Shown: positions 1 to 30,100 of the stretch, piece by piece
Layout: each line of letters starts with the position of its first letter
Position numbering within the stretch: position 1 is the stretch's first letter
Assembly (NCBI GenBank): GCA_030141605.1
Contig: JAQGDQ010000265.1
Location: 186,001-250,000 of the forward strand
Length of the DNA stretch: 64,000 nt
Reading direction: 5' to 3'
From: Tubiluchus corallicola
Lineage: Eukaryota; Animalia; Priapulida
Position numbers and translations under genes: made by a program
The notes under the pieces: model-generated
What the model was told of the DNA's origin: nothing
What the model saw: the letters and a program-made list of their open reading frames with translations, nothing else
Database searches by the model: none

Positions 1-160
1 GTTTTCATTACAAAAATAATAATCATTTCAGCCATCAGTCCTGCTGTCATTCCATGTATACACTGTTGTAATTTCAAGATTATACGTTGACTGCACATCA
101 TATATAAGTACACCTATTATAATTAAGTATTCTAATAAAATTAACAAAACAGTTGCCCTG

Positions 161-260
161 TTTGTACTAATGTCCTTGAGACGTTTGGTAGGCTGAGTGA
201 CTCTCTGAACTTCACTGATTATGCTTCATCGTATACACATTTGTTCATACGATTGACACA
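161..260 (+). pseudogene. Decayed partial duplicate of the mTOR exon starting at 562 (pseudo-exon)
   Basis: Aligns to ~555-660 (cttgagacg..taggct.agtga.tctct.aa.tt.actgattatgcttca..catacgattgacac). Acceptor AG is mutated to AC and there is a ~4-nt deletion. Confidence 0.85.
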
Positions 261-561
261 ATGAAACCAATAGAATAGCTAATCAATATGCAGTCAAACA
301 ATACTTTGCCTGTTGTAACAACCAGTTGCTGTTTGTATTTACAAAGTGCATAAGTTTAGAAATGTTTTCTACACTATTTTCTAGAAAAATTCTGTGTACA
401 AAAAATATTTTACCCTTCACAGTAACTTGTCCATTTATTGCTAAACCTTCATTTGCTACTGCTGCCAATGCATGCAGCTGTAATTTCAACGTTATGTGCT
501 GACTGGACCATTAGCATGTAGTATTTTAATGAAATTACCGATACAACTGATATATTTGTAG

Positions 562-19290
<18,729 letters not shown>

Positions 19291-20722
19291 AAGTACAATG
19301 TATGATGGTTAGGCAACGGTTGAAAAGACAATTGCATTCTGTTCTTGCATCGTGTAGCTATTACAAAATTTTGTTACAAGCTTCTCCTGGTGTGAATTCC
19401 GCATGACACAAAAACGAGTGTCTGTATTTCAGTGATTCTGTAGCAGTGGTAAATATACTTTTAGCTTTGCTGTAAATTGGAGTGAAATGTAGAATGTTCA
19501 ATGTGTGGCAGGATTAAACAGTTATGTGCAAATGAGAACTTGTAAATTGGGTCTTTTAAATTCTGGACGTGTGTGCTGTAACATGAAGGACACTTATTCC
19601 AGTGACAGTATTATCCACTAGAACAAGCTTTGTATTTTCAAATAGTGGGTTTAATGACGTTCTAGCTACATTGTTCCTGCATTTCTTATGTTGAACATGT
19701 TGATATGTTTAATCATTGATTATCATTGTAATTACGCTGCTGATTACCAAATATTACAATAGATATTATTACTCATGAAACATACGCCACAAGTTTTTTT
19801 TTCACGAAGTTGGTGAATGACTCTACGCAGCAATATCTGAATTGCATGCTGGAAGTAGACATTCTAATAATTACGTCCAATAATTCGACAATGAGACAAA
19901 TCTATCTCTATTGTATGCAGTGGATACGAGTATATAATTACCCATGTTAAAAGCAAGAAATACAATATAATTCAAATATATCTGCTATAAACGACAGTTC
20001 GAACCAGCTGTCCAACCAAACTTCATGATCAGTTTAAAATTAACAATCGAATGCATATAAATGCACTAATAACTCGGCACAAAGAAATTTAAAAGTTATA
20101 ATGAAATCAAGCATGACATGTCAACTATGGGGTGGAAATGCATTCACAGTTTTTACTAGGCTATTGGTGTCATAGCACTTGATTTTTGGCTCAAAAACTA
20201 AAACTCGATTTCGATTTACTTTCTAAAAAATCTTGATGAATGAGGAGTTGGATGGCTATGATGCACTAATGTTTTTATTTAGTAAAAAATTGCCTGTAAA
20301 AGTCGGTGATATGTCAGTGCCTTAAAATAAACTGTTAGGCCACATTTGCAAATGCAAAGCATTTTATGCATCATGCAGAGAAATATGAAACACATTTCAA
20401 AATGTGCTATCATTTTACGTCCTTCGCGGCAGCAGACATTTCCCAGTTCTTTGCAAAAAAAGACCACTTATCAACGGGATAGGCATCTTTAGTTCTTTCT
20501 AATTGGCTTTTAATGTATTGCAGTGCAAAAACTACTTGCGTGTATGCTTATCATTTTAAATACTTCAAGGTTCTACTCCGATATAAATTTTGTAGAAAAA
20601 CATTCTAACAGAGTGAACACACTAATTTCTGAGTAATTTGTTTTTTATGTTGCACATTTGAATGAATTTGAGAGTTATAATCAAGTATAATCACTCTAAA
20701 TGTACTTATTTTGTTTTCCATA

Positions 20723-20728
20723 AATAAA
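20723..20728 (+). terminator. Candidate mTOR polyadenylation signal AATAAA
   Basis: AATAAA ~1.4 kb after the mTOR stop, just before the convergent CCT7 3' end. Inferred, not demonstrated. Confidence 0.4.
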
Positions 20729-20836
20729 CGACTATGTGATTTTCATCGACTTTATAGACACAACATTTAACAGAGAAGTCTCACTTTTTATCAAATGTAA
20801 TAAGAAAAAGTGTGACTAAAATGTGAAAAGTTTTTG

Positions 20837-20849
20837 TTTATTATTTATT
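20837..20849 (-). terminator. Candidate CCT7 polyadenylation signals (two AATAAA on minus strand)
   Basis: TTTATT at 20837-20842 and 20844-20849, ~260 nt past the CCT7 stop. Confidence 0.45.
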
Positions 20850-21108
20850 AATTACACTGGCATAATTTGTTCCTCATACATGCAATGTCAGGGGATGCAA
20901 ACTGCCAAAAGAAATGCATACTTGTTTTGTTCAATGTTTCATAACACTGGTCCATATAAAAGTAAGAACGATGGAATGTACTTGTTAAACAAATACAAAT
21001 TACCTACGGATCCATTGTTTATATAATCACTGGAAAGAAAAATGCACAGAATCATCAGCCTGACAAAAAAGTACAAACAATAAATACTTGCAAACTGGTT
21101 AGAAGAGC

Positions 21109-24100
21109 TCAGTGCATTCGAGGCATGGGTCTTCCTCGACCTCTACCACGACCCATAGGTGGTGCATCGCCTTGGGCTGATTTGGGATTCTTTATCGTTT
21201 CGTCCACAGACAGTATTAGGCAGGCCGCTTCACAAGCAGCAGTTACAGCATTTATTTTAACAATGGCGGGCTCCCAGACAGTGGCTTGATAATTGTCGGC
21301 TATGTCTTCTGTAGTTATGTCAACACCCCACCAAGTTCCACCTGCAAATTATTAACAATTGCAGTTAATCTTAGAAAATTAAGCTTAGAAGAACAGCTTC
21401 TTTTAATTTATTTTAATAACGATTACAATAAACTTGCAGCTGTTAACGAAAAAACTCTGTAAATAAATGTTCAGTTTAAAGAGATTTTTCAGAGCATCAA
21501 ATTCCGTAGAGACATTTTATGTACATGAGCACGGCAGCAACTCTTTTGCATTTGCTTGACTGGAAAACAAATAGTAAATACAACATGATCAGAAGTTTTT
21601 TGAGTTTTACAATAGCTGACCCGTCTGACATTAATATTTTCTCAAGTGCTTACTAATACAACAAATGAGATGTAGAACCTCTTCTTCATAAAATAAGAAG
21701 CAGAAATGCAAAAATGCTTGTTAAGGACGAAAAATTGATGATAGAAGCATGGCATAAGCAATAGTTAACAATAGCGTGTCACATTAGATACAAAATAAGT
21801 CAAGGAAGGCAAGGCCAAATGAATGTGAGCACAAAAGATCCCAAAATTGCCAAACAAAATACCATCTCTCTGCAGTATAAACTTGTTCCAAAGCACTGCC
21901 AGGCCAAGAATACCAAACTTATTCAAAAAAAGGAAAAAAAGAAAATTCTGTTGGTTTTCTTGGCGCTTGGCAAATATATTATTATTTAAACTGATAAAGA
22001 TAAAAGTTTTCATTTGCGTCATCTTCGTTACTTGCATCAAACATAAAGAAAGCTGTGATCTTTTGTTCCATTCAAATCTGCATTCACGTTCAGCATCAAA
22101 GGTTGGCATTTTTCAACAGCCATATGTATCGTAAATTAGGACACCTTGATCTGGCTTCAATGACTTTCAAGTATACGCAACAATTGTCTTAGCATCCACT
22201 TTTGCATTTGATGACTAAGTTTTGTGAATATTATTACCGTAACAATGAACTAATGACAATTAATACACCAACATCAAACTAAAAAATTTTTGTATGCTTT
22301 GCTCTCAGAACTTGTGTTGATACAGGCTTTATTTTTAAAAACATAAAATACAAATAAAGGTGATGCAATGCACGTGTACCAGTGTTAGAACATCCAGGAA
22401 GTTAAAAGTGAGTACTGAGCTATGAGGTTCATACATACATGCATAAACAAGCAGATATATTGCTGTATTTTACTGTTCAACACATAAGCAATTATTGTGA
22501 CTTTAGCCACGGATAGAATCTCTGTAAGTCACAATGTGGCAGCAATCTGTTGGTGTGATCATGTTTTATCTTCAACAATACTGTTTAATTTTTGACGACT
22601 GACACGACTTGTTATCATAAAATTTTGTGCGTCATGAATATCCCGAAACGTATAAATATATAAAATATGGCTTGGTTAAAGGAATAATAATCAGTTACCT
22701 CACTTTTCTGTGTTGGAGATATTTTGTTTCTGAATTTTCAGTAACGTAACAGGATTCCTACTTGCAAATCCAGCTGTTCTAGCAAATTAGTTAGACGAGT
22801 TATATTTTTCTAGACTTAGTTTCCCTTACCCTTAGTGTTTTAACTTTAGTGGCCATTTGGGGGAATATGCAGTGCCCATGTTACAAAAACAGAAACTGTT
22901 GAGAAAATTCTTTTTTAATGTTCATTGCACTCGCACTCACTGGCTAACAAATTAATTAGCTTCTCTACAATTTTTGAATCTCTTTGCCAAAAGACCAAGT
23001 TGTTCCATCCTCACATAATGTCATCTCTCGAGAAGTTTTTTGCTAGCTTCCCATTAAAATTTTATCAATAAGGAGACTAAAAGAGGTAAAATTGACCTTT
23101 AACCAACTTGATAGTGAATGCATCATAAAACATTAAAGAAATACTAATTTTGTAAAGAATGCAAAAACTATTCCTTAATGATCTATATGACATTGTGTGA
23201 TATAACAAATGTATAAACACTCTGTAATTTACTTGTACAAAAAAAGCAGATTATTGTGTAGCACGGTATTGCGCTGACTAGAGAACACATGCGCAGTGAA
23301 ACGCAGTATAGCGTTTCTCTTTTATGCCCATTTCATAATTCTGTTTTTCATTTGCAAGATTCACATAAAGAAACTCATGCCTGAGCTTCCTCTTAGTGGT
23401 ATGACACACAATCCATTCGTATTGTTGCAATCACACAAGTTGAAATTTCACTTTGTATTTTATTCCACTTGTGACGAATTATCGCAAAATTGTCAATAAG
23501 CACCGACCAAATTAAGAAGTTGCACGACATTCATCGAGCATCAAACAAGATGGAAGTTGATGTCCTTCCAACTCTCAAATCAGTATCAATGGTAAAACGA
23601 CATCAAGAGGAAAATATCTCTCTACCGGAAGCTACTAGTTTGACCAATTCTACATCACTGCTGATGATGCCAGCGGCTCACCAAAAATACATCATGACAC
23701 AGAGTATAGTAGCAATTGCAATCACTGTCACAAATATACTGGCTCTCATGGTTTTTGCCAAATTTAGAAAAAACTGGTCAGTAACCAACTATTTTCTAGT
23801 TAGTTTATCTACTGTAGACCTCAACTTTGGAACGGTTGCTTTCATAATGATTGTCGGATTAGTAGACTATTCGGAGGCTGACGGACCAGTGTATTCAAAA
23901 ATTGTCTGCATATTTTCAGGTAGTTTTCTAGGATGTTTATTGCATATAACATTTCTCACACTGACATTCATAACAGCAGACAGATACCTTGCTATAACAC
24001 GACCACTGAATTACAAACATGAAATGACGGTCACAAAAGCCAAAGTAATGGTGATACTTTCTTGGCTTTATGGTGCAGTACATTTTGCTTTCTTCACCTG

Positions 24101-27100
24101 CTATGCTATTAATGCCGGAGAAAAATTAATAGCGAATTGCAGCACTGAATTGGTAGCACCAATATGGTACCAAGACTTTGCACTTGTAGAAACTATTCTT
24201 ATGATTATTGGAATGATGTTTGCTTACACAAGAATAATTGCTGCTTTCAGAAAACGTATAAATAGCCGTGTCAACATGAATTTCAACACAATACGACAGC
24301 TACCTGCAGTTAAGAAAAGTACTTTGATTAACCAGATGAAGACGACCAGAACAGCTCTTATAGTCTTAAGCAGCACAACAATTTGCTGTTTGCCGTACCT
24401 CATTTTGAAATTTTATGAAAAACTCGGCGAAGATACTATGATAAAATTGAGATTAACAACTGCCAGAACTACAGGATTTTTGCTAAATTCTTTACTAAAT
24501 CCACTCATTTACATATACGGGAACAAAGATTTCAGGCAAGCAGCAAAAAAGCTTGTGGGATGGGATAAATGTTGTTCAAGAACTGTCTCAGATGCAGATG
24601 CAGATGCAAATGGAGAGCAACAAGTCACCCGCGGTGCTACAAAGCGACAAGTCAGAATTATATGCATACCAGTTCACATCGCAGAGGCCAGCCATTCACA
24701 TGCAACAAACACCCAAACAATTGAGGCATGGCAGACTTGAGTATATCTAACTTTGTGGTTCAACCCAATTCATTTCGCAGTGTGAGAATGGCTTAAAGTT
24801 CTCTAAATTGAGCAGGCAGCGTGATGGTAAGTTCCTTGGAAGTTAGCCAAGTTTCTTCAAATTCCACCATCATTTGATTAAGATACAAATTCAGTGGCTC
24901 ATGTAATGTTCTAAGAGAAGCTATAGCATTGGTATCACGATGCATGCACGTAAGTAGCACGAAATCCTAGTGTAATTGTGATAATCCTTCTTTATCTGCT
25001 CCAATGTCTGTTTCTTGTTAGGTTTTTCTTTTAATTCTTTCAGTGCATCTCCTTTACATTCTATACATTAATTTCTGTTACTATCGAAATGACAATATCA
25101 CTCAAACAGATGCTTGTCACCAATACATAGAGTTTTGACAGAAACAGGTTTAGACAAAATGAAAAAATTCTCAGAACTGCATGTAACATATATTCAAGAT
25201 ACAAATGCAATAAGTTGTAAAGCAAACAAGCAATCAAACTAACATCAGAGACGATCTTGCAGGCAAAATCTGAAAAAACTTAAAATGCAAAATTGGAAAG
25301 ACATTACTTTAAGTAAACTTAATTCTCAAATATTCTCGCTAATACATTGATTCCATTGTTAAATGAAGATATTATTTTATGCAGAGTTGAAGGTCTGTGA
25401 CTCTCAAGCAATAATTCTACGATTCTAAATGTTAGTAAAATTCAGAAACCATTATGCACTTTCACGTGCAAGCCGATGTCAATTTTTATGAAAAATGAAA
25501 ATTTTCATGTCCAAGTTTTTATCCATTTCTTAGTTCTTGTTTAATTTAATGATAATGTATTGATAAATGTTTGTTTTCTTTTAACAAAACGTATTGTATT
25601 ATGCTAGTCTTACGTTTATGTGTTCAGCACGAATAGCGTGACAGTGTATTCTAATAAATGTCATGAAGCTATAATAATGCCATGTGCTAGTATAAATTCT
25701 GTAGAAAAGCAGTTACATAATATTAATAATAAGCATTCCATTTTCTCTTTTGGAAACCATGTACAGGTTTTTATAATGAAAACTAACTACTGACACTTAA
25801 AATATTGGTAACTTGATTTCATCAAAGCTGCCAAAAGTTTTTGTGAGTCAGATCATATGTAGTGTGTTAACATGACAGCTGTCACACTTGTTGCACACTG
25901 TGTGTTCAGCAAGCAGAATTGCGCTACCAATAATCAGGCAATTTTGCTCCAATAACAGTAAGAATGACTTCAGTGTTTTTATGGGGAATTATTTCAGACT
26001 GAACATGTAAGCTTACTGTACAGGTACAGTTCCTACTAGAGATGCCTTCTACAGTAGTCAATATTTTTCAGTTAGTATACAGTCCAGAAAAACAAATTGG
26101 CCAAATGAGTAATTCAGTCATTATGATTTACTTTTAGTTACGACAAGAAGCAGTGCATAACAAACATGTACACTGTACAGCATCATCGTAACTGCATACT
26201 TGAGCTTAGTTGTTTTTGAATACCTGCCACACTCATGAAACATAGTACTTAGTCATGAATCAACATCAGGATGTAAAAACCATTTCTGTTTATAGTCCGT
26301 TTATACTATATGGAGACATTCGAGACACACAAAGTAGTTGTTGTGGCGGAATTACAATGATTTCGTTTGCAAAGCCTTTACGTACTGTATGTATATAGTA
26401 AAGTATTTTAAATCCATTTCTGGCTCTCCACTTTAATTACTGGCCTAGGAAAAGAGTAGTTCCTTAGCAATTAGACTCTTACATTTGTCAGAAAGATGTA
26501 CAGTCAGTACTGGGAACACAAGAATTTTCGGCACTTGGAAATTAGATTACATTTGTAGGTGTATTACAGAGTCACAGATCCCTTGTCAACAGAACAATAA
26601 GCCTATAAGTTCAGTACCCTATGTAATTCGATTTAATCTAGACAATACTTGCCCTGTGCATGCTTTTGTCGTAGTTTGTTCAGAATATTGGTGGCGTCAA
26701 AGCCCGCATTGTCACACAGCTGTCGTGGTATCACTTCCAGTGACTTTGCCATTGCTCCAATTAGCATTTGCTCTTTTCCAGGAATCGTCCGAGAATACTC
26801 TCGCAAATATCGGCTCAGTTCCATCTCTATTGCACCACCACCTACAACGAAAACAAGACTTAGCAGTCTTAACAGATTAATTTTGTTTGAAAGTTGATAG
26901 AATCTTGAAAGCTTGATAGAATCTATCAAGAGTAAAAAATCACAAGTTAAAATAGCTACAAAAAATTAAATTTTAATTAATAACATTTTAGCACCTCGTG
27001 GTATCGTAATTTCCTGATTTTTATTAAAATCAAAAAACTTAATGCCAAACCCTTGAATGATATTTGGACAAACACGAATTCGACAAATAAAAACTGTAAT

Positions 27101-30100
27101 ACTACACGTTTGTGGTAAACAAATTCAACTTGTTTGCCAAAATATGCACAATGCATTAGCCAATATTTTTTACCAAACAGAGGGCAAATTTCTGTTCATT
27201 AACATTTGCTAAAAAGACACAGAGAATGCATTTAATGCATTGCTGTTTCAAATTTGTACTACACAGCTGTTTTAATGCAACAATATCAACTGCAACAAAA
27301 CAGCCGCATATTTTGCTTTCCCACAGATTTTCACACTGACTGCTATACAAAATAACAGGCAGCTGACGAGTTTGTGTGGTTTCCATGAGTGAAAACAAAG
27401 GTAGGCAAAAATTATAGGGGCAGCAATTCAGCTTGAGAATTTTAACTTAAGTACTATATCATAAGGCTGTAGCGATACATCCATGTCACAACATGATACC
27501 CATCAAGATACTAAACTCACGATACGATACCATAACACACCCGAGTTAACGTTTGCAGACTTAAAAAAATAGACGAAGCTGTTGATATTGTAAATACTAA
27601 ATATCAGTCAATAATTTTAGGGTTTCTAAATATTAAAATAAAATAATTCTGCAAATTGTTGAATTTTTTATTTAATACTGGTATATTCTTTGCATCGTAA
27701 GATACTAAAAAAGCGAAATATTTCAATTCCTTAGATTTACAAGATGCTTATGCATTTTCTGTTTCATGTTTGGCATTTCACAAGTTTATAGGCAAAAGCA
27801 CAATTAGCCTAGTACAGATTTAAAAATGCAAATACACTGTGCTTTCAACAACTTTGGTTGTTACTGGCAGGTATGCCAGTGCAGCAGTAGCAAGCCAGCT
27901 ACAACTAACTGTTATGTATGTACAGTATACCCCAGTGACTGTATAGCTGCACCGTGAATTATTTCACCCTTTTTATCAGCGGATGGTCAAGCACAGGCTA
28001 CATATCAACGAAGAACTCAAATTCTCACGAAGCATCAATGTATTGTTACAAGCCTACTATATTACAAGTTTATCTCATTTACCATTCATCCTGAATTAAC
28101 ATACATAAACACTGCTATAAAATGTATTTTAAGTTGTTACATAGTCTGCTTCTATTGCTCTATTGTCTACGTAAGTATGAAGCATGAAGTGTATTTACAG
28201 ATCAGCATATTGAAATTGCACTCACCATTTAGTTCAAACAGCACATATCAGATCAATCCAAATTACTAAGATGAATTTAACTGTCCATGGCAGTCAATTC
28301 ACAGCAGTGTAAATGCTATTTCATTGTGTTGTTATCAGTGACTATCAAGTTCAGAGCTACTACATTGTAGGAAAACAGAGGTTTGGAATTTAGAAAACTT
28401 AGAAACCACATTTTGATACTCACTTATCTATTCTGTGAGCAAGCACCTTATTAGCATTCATTGTGTGTGTACTATTAAAAATTAAACTAGGCAAATCCTT
28501 ATTTCTCACCTGCTACAATACTATCATTTTTCTTAGCTCTGCGAACAATCATTATAGCATCATGTAATGATCTCTCCGTTTCCTCTATGAACTGCTCTGC
28601 ACCGCCGCGCAGTATCAACGTACACGTTTTTGCATGCGGACAACCAGTAAAGATGTTGAACCTACAAAAAACAAAAATCATTCACTATGAAAAACAACAA
28701 TAGCTTTTTGAATAAAGGAAAAGATAACATAAGAATGCAAGCATTTTATTACAAAGAACATTCTACGTGTCAATTAGTCTTGCTGAATAACCCGTGCAAA
28801 AGTATTTCAGGTAACTTTATTAACCTTTCTCGTCCTATTTGTTGCTCTTCAAAGTATTTGCAAGTGCCAAGAACAGAATCTGTGATGTTCTGAACAGTAG
28901 AAATTATACTGCCTCCGCAGGCTTTCTGTGTTCTCCGTATGTCTTCGTCTACCACTCTTCCAGCACAGAACATGTCTCTAAAAATAGGAGATGCGGTTTA
29001 TTAATAATATAATGTACTTTGCATGAAGTAGTAAATAATAGTTTATAAATGCATTCATTTGAAAATTTACTCCAGTTATTTCACAGAAAAAGTCTGTAAG
29101 CATCTATGGACTTTTCACTGCAAAACTATTTAACACAAGTATTAAAAGGTCCTTGCACACATCCAAGTCAATTCATAAAGTATACAATCATGTGTGCAAA
29201 GTATCTTAATTCAACATTCTCCACATCATTTCAAAGTCAGAAATTCACTTGGTGCCCTAGTGTCACACATACTACACCATTTTACTACATTTTATGAATA
29301 CAGATTTCAGCCCTGTATAATTTTTTGCAAATTTACAGTATACAGTCTTCAGTCTCACCTTGTTATTCTACTCTAAAACAAGTGCAAAAACACATTCATG
29401 ATCTAATATCAATGTATTCCATTGCAACAAAAAAACAAAAAAAAATACAAAATTGACGTGCTTCAGCAGTAATAAATGTCTAAATGTACATTACTACAGT
29501 ATTTGGCTTTGAAGTTCCAAAACAAAATAAATTTCTGCCTGGAAAAATAACTTATCCAAAACATCAAATTCTTCCCTAATCAGCTTCTTAGGAACTATTA
29601 CTATAAAGTGCACGATTAAATTGCTTAATAAAGTAAAATTAACTAAGTTTAAGAAAACAATTATGCATAATGTTGATTGCTATTGGTTACCTATCTGCAC
29701 ACCACTGTGTTGCAATGTCACCTATTGGCAGCTTCGACAAAACAACTTTTACGCCAACTTCGTGAAGCTTCTGCAGTTTTTCATACAGAATATTCCACTC
29801 CGCATCAACTACAGCTTGATACTCCTGTGACAACACAAGCATCCAAAATTGAATTTTGATTACATGGAAGCCAAAAACAAAAAATACCCCCATAATAATG
29901 AAATAACTAGAACATTTGGCATAACAATGACAAACCATATGTGGTCACACACAGGTGGCTTAAAAAAATTGGTCTGGTATTTGAGCTTTCGCAGTGTATG
30001 AAACTGGCAAACTAGCAGGCCACAAAAGAAGACAAATAGAAAGGTCATGCAGTTCAGACTTAAAGAATGATTTCACTGCTAATGAAAAAACATAATAAAA

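Noticed and set aside
23490-23549. 20-aa N-terminal extension of the GPCR from a TTG start
   Set aside because: TTG start is a prokaryote-style ORF call. The first ATG is at 23550, although an upstream exon is not excluded.
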